A stretch of 64,000 bases of DNA from Bdellovibrionales bacterium (GCA_041690295.1 JAWLHR010000005.1:64001-128000); one strand, 5' to 3'. Shown: positions 10,633 through 20,255, counted from the first letter of the stretch. A program made the numbers and translations. The notes: generated by a model from the sequence alone, not told the origin.

Positions 10633-11220
10633 TTACTCACCCTCATAGGATTTGATTTCGTTACGGCCGGTTTTCAGCTGATCATAAAACCTGCCGTTTT
10701 CTCGCTCGATCCTGGCCACTTCCTCGGCGGCCACCTGGCGTTCCGCTCGTAATTGTTTATATCGCGCTTTTAACAGGGCCAATTGCGACGCCAGCTCGGC
10801 CTTTTTGGCCAAGGCCTCCTGTTTGGCTTGGGCCAGTTTCTCCATTTCAGCTTTTTCGTTTCGCTCGATCTGCTCGAGTTCCCGTTTTTGCAGGGTGATC
10901 TGATCGTCCAACGAGGACACCTGGCGGCTCATATCCAGTTCCGCCTTGGCCAGGGCTTTTACGCGGGCCTGCTTTTGCTCCAATGTTTTCTTCAATTCAT
11001 CGAGTTCTTCTTTGGCCACCTTGATCTTGGCTTTTAACGCCGCCACCTGTTTGGCGCGCCGGATGGAATCCCTTTCCAGATTTTCGATTTCCTGCTGGAG
11101 ATGGGATTTCTCCTTCTGAACTTTGTCATATTCGGATTTAGCGGCCGTTAAGTCATCGACCTCTTGGGCCCCCGCGATAGCACAAATGAACAAGCCCACA
11201 AGAGTGAGATGGATCTTCAT
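10633..11220 (-). CDS. Secreted coiled-coil protein
   Basis: Signal peptide (AGA-Q); heptad-rich E/K/Q/A sequence. Confidence 0.75.
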   Translation of the reverse strand: MKIHLTLVGLFICAIAGAQEVDDLTAAKSEYDKVQKEKSHLQQEIENLERDSIRRAKQVAALKAKIKVAKEELDELKKTLEQKQARVKALAKAELDMSRQVSSLDDQITLQKRELEQIERNEKAEMEKLAQAKQEALAKKAELASQLALLKARYKQLRAERQVAAEEVARIERENGRFYDQLKTGRNEIKSYEGE

Positions 11221-11305
11221 GGCTGACCCCCTTAATTTTAATTTACTTCAAATCGCGCCGTGTTGAGAGTGGATGATGGCCTTCGTCTCAAATTGAGATG
11301 GTTTA

Positions 11306-11668
11306 TTAACGGCGTGCGGACTCACGTTGGGAGGAGCCATGGTGTTTTCGGGCCACGCGCAGAACACAAAGGCCCTGCATGAGCACCTTGTTGGTCCACG
11401 AGAAGAAGCCGTGGCTGGTGGAGATCTGGGTGGTGATTCCGGTGATCACGCCATTGGGACATTTATCCATTAATTTGCGATAGGCTTCGTCAATGTAATT
11501 GGTTTGTGTGGCGAAGCCCAGGATCGTGAACTGCTCGGCTTGCGCCTTTACAATTTCACCGCTTTCAATCGTGCGATAAGGCCGGAATTCCGAAACATTC
11601 ACCTGGTGAATGCTATGCGTGCAGGCGGCGAGGAAGATCGTGAGGAAAAGGGCGTAAACCGGTTTCAA
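11306..11668 (-). CDS. Small lipoprotein, paralog 3 of CPNG triplet
   Basis: TTG start overlapping the upstream TGA; lipobox LAAC; CPNGVITGI...GLC. Confidence 0.75.
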   Translation of the reverse strand: MKPVYALFLTIFLAACTHSIHQVNVSEFRPYRTIESGEIVKAQAEQFTILGFATQTNYIDEAYRKLMDKCPNGVITGITTQISTSHGFFSWTNKVLMQGLCVLRVARKHHGSSQRESARR

Positions 11669-11997
11669 ATTCCAGCCCTCGTCACTTGTTGTGTGTTGCA
11701 ATAACCGGTGGCGACCACCCGGCGTGAGTAAACGAAAAAGAGAAAATACAGGATGGTTTCGTCTTTAGTGAGAATCCCTTGGACTTGTCCATTGGGGCAT
11801 TGGGCTTTCAGGTCTTCGGTCATTTCGTTCACGAAATCATTGTCGAAGTTGAATCCCAGGAAAATCAGTTTTGAGCGCTCGGCTCTGATTTCTTTGGTCC
11901 GTTTGGCGGGCACCGACGTCATCGAAACGCTGTTGATGGACGCGCATCCCATCAATCCGCTCGTGGCCAAGCTTAAAATCAATAAGAATCGAATCAT
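11665..11997 (-). CDS. Small lipoprotein, paralog 2 of CPNG triplet
   Basis: Lipobox LMGC; CPNGQVQGI...GYC; ATGA overlap with the upstream gene. Confidence 0.78.
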   Translation of the reverse strand: MIRFLLILSLATSGLMGCASINSVSMTSVPAKRTKEIRAERSKLIFLGFNFDNDFVNEMTEDLKAQCPNGQVQGILTKDETILYFLFFVYSRRVVATGYCNTQQVTRAGI

Positions 11998-12464
11998 GTT
12001 TCTTCCTCCTCAGGTTGACTTTCAGAGGCGGGTTTTCTTTTGCGCAGGCAATAGCCGCGGATTTTGACGATCTCGCCGCTGATCACCGGATATTTTCGGG
12101 TTTCACGGACCGAGGTGATGCCGGTAATGCCGCCGTTCGGGCACTGCTGATGAAGGGCGTAGATCAAATCCTTGGCGTAGTTTTCAACAAAAACCGGATT
12201 GCCCGTGCTCGGGCCCATCTGAAAAAGCCCGATGATCGCCGCCACGTCACCGATGGCTTTACTTTCTTTGCCTTCTTTGAAAAGCGAGCGTTGAATGGCG
12301 GTGACTTCTTTCATGTCCACGCCGGTTTCGCTGACTTTGATTTCAAACGGCACCAGCGCGAAGCCCTTGCGATTGTCGATTTCACCGATCTGAGTCTTGT
12401 GCAAGACGGCGCAACTGGAGAGAAAAAGCAGGCCGATCAGGCAGCCGATCATTTTTAAGCGCAT
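11994..12464 (-). CDS. Small lipoprotein, paralog 1 of CPNG triplet
   Basis: Lipobox LSSC; CPNGGITGI...GYC. Confidence 0.78.
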   Translation of the reverse strand: MRLKMIGCLIGLLFLSSCAVLHKTQIGEIDNRKGFALVPFEIKVSETGVDMKEVTAIQRSLFKEGKESKAIGDVAAIIGLFQMGPSTGNPVFVENYAKDLIYALHQQCPNGGITGITSVRETRKYPVISGEIVKIRGYCLRKRKPASESQPEEEET

Positions 12465-12575
12465 TCAATCATGAAAGCTTTGGCCTAAGGCCAAGTCAAT
12501 GGTGACACAAAGTCGCATAGCCGCGAGGTGCCAAGCGATTTAGGAAACTTATATGATTGAAATATCGAGTGGACT

Positions 12576-12650
12576 TGGTGCGAACGACAGGGATTGAACC
12601 TGTGACCCCGCCCGTGTGAAGGGCGTGCTCTACCGCTGAGCTACGTTCGC
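12576..12650 (-). tRNA. tRNA-Val (anticodon CAC)
   Basis: Reverse complement GCGAACGTAGCTCAGCGGTAGAGCACGCCCTTCACACGGGCGGGGTCACAGGTTCAATCCCTGTCGTTCGCACCA folds as a cloverleaf with GTTCAA T-loop and encoded CCA. Confidence 0.97.
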
Positions 12651-12712
12651 AAGCATTGAAATTAGAGCCCGGAAATTAGGCAATTTAAGGGCGAAAGGCA
12701 ACAGCCTTTTTC

Positions 12713-13330
12713 TTAGAATTCGTAATTGAAACTCACGCTCAATCTGGGCTTGGCGCCCCGGTGAGGGGGAACCTCGTGGCGGAGCCAGCTTTCAAATAAA
12801 ATAAACTCGCCCGCCCGCGGCTTAATGGTGATGTAGTTCCGCTCGTTCATAGGGGCGTCCGCCCGGCGCGGAGGACTGTTCATCATGAACGGGAGACGGG
12901 GATCCTCGATTTTGAACGGACTCGATTGCGCGGGAACGTAAACGTAATAAACCCCACTTAAAACGCTCAAGGGATGGCTGTGCAAGGTGTGATGACAAGA
13001 AGGCCCCATGGAGTTCGCCCAGCAAGTCGTCATCTTGAGTTTACGTCCAAGAAGGTCCCAGTTAAGGCGCTCCGCGAACTTGCGCACATACGGGCGTAAT
13101 AACTTTTCCAGTTCGGCGAAATAGGGTGAAGTGTGATGAAGTTGCGTGAGCGACGAGTAGGACGAGTAGCCGCCGGCGTAATTCTCTTTGCTCCACTGTC
13201 GTCCGGCTTTGTCGATTTCAGGAAGGATCGCGATTTCCCGCATTAGTTCGCGATTTAGCCGACGTGTGCGATCACCGAGATGTCCGCGGCAGATGAAAGT
13301 GGGGAATACATTTTCAATTTTCGCAGGCAT
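12713..13330 (-). CDS. Putative 2OG-Fe(II) oxygenase (TIGR02466 family)
   Basis: HxH (LHSHP), LSGVYYV, FESWLRHEVP and RLSVSFN. Confidence 0.88.
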   Translation of the reverse strand: MPAKIENVFPTFICRGHLGDRTRRLNRELMREIAILPEIDKAGRQWSKENYAGGYSSYSSLTQLHHTSPYFAELEKLLRPYVRKFAERLNWDLLGRKLKMTTCWANSMGPSCHHTLHSHPLSVLSGVYYVYVPAQSSPFKIEDPRLPFMMNSPPRRADAPMNERNYITIKPRAGEFILFESWLRHEVPPHRGAKPRLSVSFNYEF

Positions 13331-13428
13331 AAAATTCCGCGTTCAACTCAGTTTGAAAAATGATTGCCAAAAATAGTCCAGTCCATTTGAATACACATTA
13401 CATATCACAATTCGGATGAGGTGCAGCC

Positions 13429-14448
13429 ATGAAGGTTATTTTTTTATTTATCATCACTTTGATTTCCACGCCAAGCTTCGCCACCATGGCCCTTCCGGAC
13501 CAGCCGCCCATTCCGGCGGATAATCCCATGACGCCGGAGAAAATCGAGCTCGGCAAACAACTTTATTTTGATCCGCGCCTTTCCATATCCGGTACGGTCT
13601 CCTGTAATTCCTGCCACAACGTCATGGCCGGCGGTGATGACAATCGCAATTTTTCGGTCGGCATCAAAGGCTTGCTCGGCGATCGGAGTTCACCCACGGT
13701 GTGGAACGCGGCTTTTCAAACGGTGCAGTTCTGGGATGGTCGCGCCGCCAGTTTGGAAGAGCAGGCGAAAGGCCCGCTGATCAATCCGGTTGAAATGGGT
13801 ATGAAAGATCACAAGCAGGTGACCACCGAACGGATCGCTAAAATTCCCGGTTACCAAAAGCAGTTCAAAAAAGTTTTCGGTGGCAAAATCACGATCGACA
13901 ACGTGGCCAAGGCCATTGCCGCTTATGAGCGCACCTTGATCACGCCGAATTCGCCGTTTGATCGCTATATTAAAGGCGATAAAAAGGCCATGTCCAAAGC
14001 CGCCATCGAAGGTTATGAGACGTTTCAAAAGGTGGGCTGTGTGGCTTGCCACCAAGGGGTTAACTTCTCAGGGCCCCAGCTGGCCATGGGAACGGGATTT
14101 TATCAGAAGTTCCCTCTTTTTCCCGACGCTGATTTGGAAAAGAAGTACGGTTTCAGCAAGGATTTAGGACGGGCCAAACACACTGGAAAAGATGAGGATA
14201 AAGGATTTTTCCGTGTGCCCACTCTTCGCAACATTGCTTTGACCGCGCCGTATTTCCATAACGGCTCGGTCTATTCCCTTGAAGAAGCGGTCACGATCAT
14301 GGCCAAGCTTCAGTTGAACAAGAAGTTGAGCCGCAAAGAGGCGAAGTCCATCGCCACCTTCTTAACCGAAGGGCTCACCGGTGAATTCCCGCCGCAGACC
14401 ATGCCCCGATTGCCCGAAACGCCCGGGGTGGCTTTGAAGGTGGAGTGA
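13429..14448 (+). CDS. Di-heme cytochrome c peroxidase
   Basis: CNSCH and CVACH heme motifs; QFWDGRA; FRVPTLRNIALTAPYFHNG. Confidence 0.95.
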   Translation: MKVIFLFIITLISTPSFATMALPDQPPIPADNPMTPEKIELGKQLYFDPRLSISGTVSCNSCHNVMAGGDDNRNFSVGIKGLLGDRSSPTVWNAAFQTVQFWDGRAASLEEQAKGPLINPVEMGMKDHKQVTTERIAKIPGYQKQFKKVFGGKITIDNVAKAIAAYERTLITPNSPFDRYIKGDKKAMSKAAIEGYETFQKVGCVACHQGVNFSGPQLAMGTGFYQKFPLFPDADLEKKYGFSKDLGRAKHTGKDEDKGFFRVPTLRNIALTAPYFHNGSVYSLEEAVTIMAKLQLNKKLSRKEAKSIATFLTEGLTGEFPPQTMPRLPETPGVALKVE

Positions 14449-15333
14449 TTCCCCGTTGAGATAAGCTTCCGCGATCAGCCGCCGGTCCGCTTCGGTTTCC
14501 CGATCCGGGAAGTTGATGCGGAAGGCGGCGGCTCTCACATCCTGGTCCAGATTCCACAAAGAGAACAGCCGTACGCTCCAATCGTCAAACTCCGCATCCA
14601 CGTTCAATGTGGTTCGTTTGAACGCGGTCAAGACGATGGCTTTGAGGTACTTGAGCAGGTGGACGGGATGGGAATTCATATCGGACATCAGATAATCGAG
14701 TTCAGTTTGGAATTGTGAATCTTTTTTGAACCGATCAAAGAGGCCGTTTTCGATGGCCAATCTCAGCTGATTGAAAAACCGAATTTGGCCGAGATAGGTC
14801 GCGCCGAAAAATTTATGGGCGTGTTCCAGATCGTGAAGGAGAAAGTGGTAAGCATTCGGGTGGCGTCCGATCGGCTCGAATTGCTCTTCCCATTCGATGT
14901 GCATGGTCGCCACCCGCTCTCCACGGCATTGAATGTCGAGCATCTCCCGCGGTGTCGGGCGATCCGTTCGAAATTGTAGTTTATAATGCGATTGCAGCCA
15001 GCCGAGCAAACCCAAGGCTGAATCTTCGCGAACTCCCTTGAGCTGAAAACTTTCGAGCAGCTCCACATAGTCTTTGAGTGGTTCCACCTTTTGCTTTTGT
15101 TTGGGGTGAAGTGGAATTCCCAGTTGTTCCAGTCGGCAAACAAGTCCGGCGCTTGCCGAGGTTTGAGAGGAATTCCGTCGTCGACTGCCGAGCCAGGAGT
15201 TTCCATGGGCCAGAAAGCCATGCAATAAGACAAACTCACACGCCGTGCGAGCGCCCAAGCGCTTGCCGTTTTGCTTATCAATTCGGCAATTCAGCAAGTA
15301 ATCGGCGAGTTTCTTTTCTGCTGCAGAATTCAT
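14362..15333 (-). CDS. Hypothetical protein with HDLEH motif
   Basis: 323-aa ORF filling the gap; FLLHDLEHAHKF and SDMNSHP; 3' end overlaps the peroxidase 3' end. Confidence 0.65.
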   Translation of the reverse strand: MNSAAEKKLADYLLNCRIDKQNGKRLGARTACEFVLLHGFLAHGNSWLGSRRRNSSQTSASAGLVCRLEQLGIPLHPKQKQKVEPLKDYVELLESFQLKGVREDSALGLLGWLQSHYKLQFRTDRPTPREMLDIQCRGERVATMHIEWEEQFEPIGRHPNAYHFLLHDLEHAHKFFGATYLGQIRFFNQLRLAIENGLFDRFKKDSQFQTELDYLMSDMNSHPVHLLKYLKAIVLTAFKRTTLNVDAEFDDWSVRLFSLWNLDQDVRAAAFRINFPDRETEADRRLIAEAYLNGESLHLQSHPGRFGQSGHGLRREFTGEPFG

Positions 15334-15472
15334 CAGAGCCTATACTTCCTTCTAAACGCTCCAAGTCAATCGGGGAATTTATGCAAAAACTTCAGTTAAT
15401 GTGACCAATAAATTCAAATTTAAATCCTTGAATTCATAGGAGTTAACACCCCGTTTATAAACTGGAACCAAA

Positions 15473-15489
15473 TTGGAACCATTATTGCT
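15473..15489 (+). promoter_or_regulatory. Candidate sigma54 promoter of the subtilase operon
   Basis: TTGGAAC-CATTA-TTGCT (GG-N10-GC) in an AT-rich intergenic region 60 bp before ATG 15550. Confidence 0.5.
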
Positions 15490-15549
15490 CCAAGAATTTC
15501 ACATATCTAAACGCATCATGGATCGATGCCAATCAAGGAGGGGGACTGT

Positions 15550-16326
15550 ATGCCTCGCAGGCATCTCGCGCTACTCAGCTTTTTATTCTTTTTGGCCAGT
15601 AGTGCCCAAGGGGAAGAAATAAAGACGACCTATAATATCGGTGGTTCGCACGCATTGGTGACCACCAAGGTTCTTAAAGCTTCGTCCGAGACGGAAAAGC
15701 TTCTGCAAAGCTTTTTGTTTCCGAAACTGGCTGAAAAATTAAGAGCTTTTCCAATGGTCACGGGCATCGAGTTCAACGATGCGATCAAACCGGAAACCAC
15801 CAGCAACGAATGGGCCGACTTTTGGGAACACCAGCGCAATTATCCGGTGATGGTGCATCTCTCGCTCCCGACATCGATCACCATGATGTTTAAAGTCGAA
15901 GAAAGTTACCGCACCTGTAAGACGGTGGCGGAAAAGGAATCCAAAGCCACGTCACCGGGGTACTCCGATTATGATGGCGGAGGAACGGGCCAGACGGTGG
16001 ATTGCACGCGGAACTCTAAAGTGAAGATCACCGGCCCGCATTCCATTTACGGCAATTTCGCCAGCAGTTTGAATATTCAGGACCTTTTGCGCGAGAAACA
16101 AAACATTGAATACACCATCGAGCGGGATTGGTCGGACAAAGCCAATCTGAAACTCGATGCCCGGTTCAACATTCAGTCCGAACTCTTTGATCAAAACCTG
16201 ATGAAATTTTTGAATGCCTTAAATGTTAAGCCCGCGGGCGGCGAATCCGTCGCTTCACGGGTCAGCATCTTGAGCGGGATCGCCCGCGTTCTGCGCGTGC
16301 AGAACGAAAGGATGGTGGAACAATGA
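15550..16326 (+). CDS. Secreted hypothetical protein, first gene of subtilase operon
   Basis: AAGGAGG RBS; signal peptide AQG-E; ATGA overlap with the next gene. Confidence 0.75.
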   Translation: MPRRHLALLSFLFFLASSAQGEEIKTTYNIGGSHALVTTKVLKASSETEKLLQSFLFPKLAEKLRAFPMVTGIEFNDAIKPETTSNEWADFWEHQRNYPVMVHLSLPTSITMMFKVEESYRTCKTVAEKESKATSPGYSDYDGGGTGQTVDCTRNSKVKITGPHSIYGNFASSLNIQDLLREKQNIEYTIERDWSDKANLKLDARFNIQSELFDQNLMKFLNALNVKPAGGESVASRVSILSGIARVLRVQNERMVEQ

Positions 16327-18239
16327 AACAATCAATCCGACTGATTCTCGCGGGCGCTTTGGTTTTCGCGGGCGCGGCTTGTACGAAAGTCAAATCCGCG
16401 AAGCCCCAAAAAATTTCGTCGTCCAAATATGTGGCCAATGAATTCATCTTTTCCGGTAATCAAGAAACGGTCGCCAAATACCTCACGGATCAGGGGCTTC
16501 AGGCGAAGTTCGAACTTCTGGATGCGGAAGACGGATTTTACCATGTGAAAGTCGAAGGTGATGCCGACGTGGAGCAAATCCTTTCGGATTTGAAAGGGAT
16601 CACCCGCTCAGTGGAGCCGAACTGGTATGTGCATCCCATCGCTTCGATTCGTAAAGCCGAGTGGCCGACCGACAAGTTGTTCTTCAAACAGTGGGCGCTC
16701 AACAATATCGGACAATCCGCACCCTATGGTCTTCCAGGTGTGCGTGGTGCCGATATGGACGTGATCCGGGTTTGGAACAATGTCACCAAAGGCTCGGATG
16801 AAATCGTGGTCGCGGTGATCGATACGGGCTGTGACGTCACTCACCCTGATTTGAAAGACAATATTTGGGTGAACACCAAGGAATCGCCGGCTCACGGCGG
16901 GATCCCGGGTAAAGACGACGACGGTAACGGCTACATCGACGATGTCTATGGATATGACTTCGTATCCAGCGGTCGGACGTCCTTTAAGGGTTTTCCCGGT
17001 GACAGCGAGGCCTTCGATGACAGTGGACACGGCACTCACTGCGCCGGAAGCATCGGCGCCCAGCCGAACAACGCCATCGGTATCGCCGGTCTGAACTGGA
17101 AAGTGAAAATCATGTGCGTGCGCTTTCTCAGCGACATGGGCGGAACTTCGGTGGATGCGTTCCGCGCGGTCCGCTATGCGCGGGAAAACGGCGCGCACAT
17201 TATGTCGAACTCCTGGGGTGGAACCAGTGACGAATCCGAGTTATTCAAATCCGAATTGCGGAAAGCGGAGCGCCAGGGGATCTTGTTCGTCGCGGCGGCC
17301 GGTAATAACGGAACAAACAATGATATTCAGCCGCACTATCCTTCCAACCTGAGCAACGCCGAATATCGCGGTCAAAAATTCACCAACGTCATTTCGGTGG
17401 CGGCGAGTGATAACATGGACGCGCCGGCGGACTTTACGAACTACGGCCATGAGACGGTGGACATTTTCGCGCCCGGTGTGGCGATCGTGAGTACCTATCC
17501 GCAAAACCTGACGCCGGAAGGACGTCCGCCTTACGCGATCATGTCGGGAACGTCCATGGCGGCGCCCTATGTGGCGGGTGTGGCCGCGTTGATGATGGCG
17601 GCGAATCCGGCATTGAAGGGAAAGCCCGCGGAAGTCATCCGGTTGATCAATGAAACCGCCGACGTCAAAGACACGATGATCGGAAAGGTGCGCTCGAACG
17701 GCCGGATCAATGCGTATAAAGCCGTCACGGCCCAGCTCGACGGCCCCAAGCCGCCCGAAGTTTGGCGGACCAAGCAACATGTCATCGATCAGCGGGGTTT
17801 CCAGACCGAGTTGGTGGACATTCGGCACGAAATTAAAGTGGAAGGCGCGAAGTCCATTAAGGTGCATTTCGATTTCTTACAAATCGATGAGCCTTACGAC
17901 AGCGTTTACCTCTACGACAAAAATCTCCGTCTGGTCGCGCGAATCGAACAGAACCTGGTGGATGACTTCTGGTCGCCGGCCATTCCTGGCGACACGGTTT
18001 ACGTGCGATTCGTGAATTCCTGGTTGCAGCAGGTGACCCGCAATCCGTTCCAGGCTCGTTCCGAGGCGGATTGTGTCAGTCGCGGCGCCGTGCGGATCGA
18101 GAAAATCGGCGAAACGTACAATTGCGAAGTGGATTCCGAAAACAGCTCTTCGAACGGCGGATCCAAAAAATACTACTCGTTCAATTCGGAAGGTTTCCGG
18201 ATCGATCAGGTGGCTTACTTAGAAGGAAAGGAAGACTAG
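16323..18239 (+). CDS. S8 subtilisin-like serine protease (lipoprotein) with C-terminal CUB-like domain
   Basis: Triad VIDTG / HGTHCAG / SGTSMAAP and oxyanion AAGNN; C-terminal IKVHFDFLQIDEPYDSVYLYD. Confidence 0.93.
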   Translation: MKQSIRLILAGALVFAGAACTKVKSAKPQKISSSKYVANEFIFSGNQETVAKYLTDQGLQAKFELLDAEDGFYHVKVEGDADVEQILSDLKGITRSVEPNWYVHPIASIRKAEWPTDKLFFKQWALNNIGQSAPYGLPGVRGADMDVIRVWNNVTKGSDEIVVAVIDTGCDVTHPDLKDNIWVNTKESPAHGGIPGKDDDGNGYIDDVYGYDFVSSGRTSFKGFPGDSEAFDDSGHGTHCAGSIGAQPNNAIGIAGLNWKVKIMCVRFLSDMGGTSVDAFRAVRYARENGAHIMSNSWGGTSDESELFKSELRKAERQGILFVAAAGNNGTNNDIQPHYPSNLSNAEYRGQKFTNVISVAASDNMDAPADFTNYGHETVDIFAPGVAIVSTYPQNLTPEGRPPYAIMSGTSMAAPYVAGVAALMMAANPALKGKPAEVIRLINETADVKDTMIGKVRSNGRINAYKAVTAQLDGPKPPEVWRTKQHVIDQRGFQTELVDIRHEIKVEGAKSIKVHFDFLQIDEPYDSVYLYDKNLRLVARIEQNLVDDFWSPAIPGDTVYVRFVNSWLQQVTRNPFQARSEADCVSRGAVRIEKIGETYNCEVDSENSSSNGGSKKYYSFNSEGFRIDQVAYLEGKED

Positions 18240-18240
18240 T

Positions 18241-19401
18241 ATGACTCAGTTAACCCGATGCGCTCTGATCGTATCCCTGGCTTGGCTGGTCACCGGTTGC
18301 ACCGAGATCGTGATCCTCTTTAAACCCCGGCCGCAAATTGATCCCATGCCGAAGACCACGGCCTGCTCCACCACTGAAGAAAAGGATCCCAAAGCTGGAG
18401 AGCAGTGGACTCTCCCACACTTGGGAATCACGGATGAAGTGTTGCAGTCCGGATTGATCGCGGGAAACGCCAACGTGCGGATCGCCCTGCTTTCGACCGG
18501 TGTGGACTACAATCACGAAGATCTCTGCGGGCAAATCGAAATCAATAAAAATGAGATCACGCAAAAAGCCGTGGGTGACCGGGCGGACGTGAATCAGAAA
18601 GATGATGATAAAAACGGCCTGGTCGACGATGTCGTGGGCTATGATGTCGTTGAGGGTGACGGCTTCGCCTATGATCGGCACGGCGCCGGTACGGCGGCGG
18701 CGGGAATCATCGCCGCGAATCAGCGGAACGGCGTCGGCATCACGGGGCTCATGAAAAATGTGACGCTCTTGCCGGTTCGTTACATTGATGCCAACGGGCA
18801 GACCAATGTGGGGAATTTGGCGGGCGCTTTGGATGCCGCGCTCAAATTGCGGCCGCACGTGATTTATCTGCAAACCGCTCAATTGCAGCTGGGCGGTCAT
18901 CGTCAGGAACCGGAGTTGATCCGGCAGGAGTTGTCCATTCTGAAAAGTTATCTTGACCGCGTGCGGGACGCCAAAATTCCGGTGATCGTCGGCGCGGGAG
19001 ACGACATGGGCCAATTCGGCTCGTCGGAAATGGATAAGCTGCTTAAGAGCTACGAGAACATTTTGATTGTCACGGCCATCGACAAAGACGGGCGACGGAC
19101 GTTGCTGGCGAACTCGCATTCGCAGGATGTATTGATCGCGGCTCCAGGAGAGGACGTCTTAACTCTTAAACCCGGCAACGGATACACGAAAGTCAGCGGA
19201 ACCGCCTACGCGGCGGCTCATCTGGCGGCGGCCGTGGGACTGGCGCGAGCCATTCTGGCGGATCGATTGGATGTGAATAAGGTGGTCAGCACCTTGATTT
19301 CAAGTCGCGGCAGCGAACCGGACGTGGGACTCGAGCGTGACACTCGCGGGGGTACTCGACTCCATTTGGTTAAATTCTTAACGGAGATCCGAAATCCTTA
19401 A
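18241..19401 (+). CDS. S8 family pseudopeptidase (catalytic triad replaced), lipoprotein
   Basis: Subtilase fold motifs with LLSTG (D to S), HGAGTAAAG (H to A) and SGTAYAA (S to A); lipobox VTGC. Confidence 0.85.
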   Translation: MTQLTRCALIVSLAWLVTGCTEIVILFKPRPQIDPMPKTTACSTTEEKDPKAGEQWTLPHLGITDEVLQSGLIAGNANVRIALLSTGVDYNHEDLCGQIEINKNEITQKAVGDRADVNQKDDDKNGLVDDVVGYDVVEGDGFAYDRHGAGTAAAGIIAANQRNGVGITGLMKNVTLLPVRYIDANGQTNVGNLAGALDAALKLRPHVIYLQTAQLQLGGHRQEPELIRQELSILKSYLDRVRDAKIPVIVGAGDDMGQFGSSEMDKLLKSYENILIVTAIDKDGRRTLLANSHSQDVLIAAPGEDVLTLKPGNGYTKVSGTAYAAAHLAAAVGLARAILADRLDVNKVVSTLISSRGSEPDVGLERDTRGGTRLHLVKFLTEIRNP

Positions 19402-20255
19402 CTGAGGGGGACGGTTAAGGATATTGATCTTGGTCTGATAAAGGCCAATGTCCTCGAGCGGTAGGTGAAAGAGAGCGAATAGCTCTCCAAAGCCAACCGC
19501 TCGTGGACGTAATTTTTTGTGGAACCATAGAGGACATCACCAAGGATCGGCGCGCCCAGCGCCGCCAATTGGGCTCGGATTTGATGGGTTTTCCCGGTCT
19601 CCAAAGAAATTCTCTGACAATAACCAAAAGGATGAGTTTCGCTGGCTTCGATGATGAGACGGCATTCCCACCAACCTTCGCGTGGAGCAAACGAATACTC
19701 TCGGGGCACCCGGGTTTCAGGATTCAAATACAAGACGTATTCTCCCCGAGAAACGGGTGAGGCCGTGATCGCGTGGTAGATTTTTTGGACTTTGCGGTGG
19801 CTAAAGAGCCGATTGAGGTGCGTCTGCGTGGATTTGGATTTGGCGAACAGTAAAAGTCCTTGAGTGGGAATATCCAGGCGATGGGTTGAGTAAATGGGAA
19901 TTTTGAGTTCGTTTTCGAGCAGATGTTTCGCGTTTTCGAGGTAATTATCGAGTGTGGCATGAACGGGTAAGCCCGCGGGTTTATCGAAGACCAGAAGGTC
20001 GTCGTCCTCGTACACGATCCGGTCACGTAAGTCGCACGGTTCCCAATGGTAACGCTTCGGTTGGCTGTGAACCCGGATCACTTGTCCAGGTTCGACGTTC
20101 AGGTCAAATCTTTGTCTGACTCCATTGACGTAAATCGCGCCCCAATGCAGCCACTCCTGAACCTTTTCGGGCGGATATCCAATGGATTGCAATGTCGCCA
20201 CTAAGCGGCCGGATTCAGAGACCAGATGATGATGAATACGATCGGCGGAGGTCAC
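19398..20255 (-). CDS. RluA family pseudouridine synthase
   Basis: DKPAGLPVH, HRLD and LETGKTHQIRAQLAALGAPILGD; GTG start overlaps the upstream TGA. Confidence 0.92.
   Translation of the reverse strand: MTSADRIHHHLVSESGRLVATLQSIGYPPEKVQEWLHWGAIYVNGVRQRFDLNVEPGQVIRVHSQPKRYHWEPCDLRDRIVYEDDDLLVFDKPAGLPVHATLDNYLENAKHLLENELKIPIYSTHRLDIPTQGLLLFAKSKSTQTHLNRLFSHRKVQKIYHAITASPVSRGEYVLYLNPETRVPREYSFAPREGWWECRLIIEASETHPFGYCQRISLETGKTHQIRAQLAALGAPILGDVLYGSTKNYVHERLALESYSLSFTYRSRTLAFIRPRSISLTVPLS

Noticed and set aside
12465..12712. tRNA-Val as an integration site for an island
   Set aside because: No integrase, and I saw no duplicated tRNA 3' end in the window.
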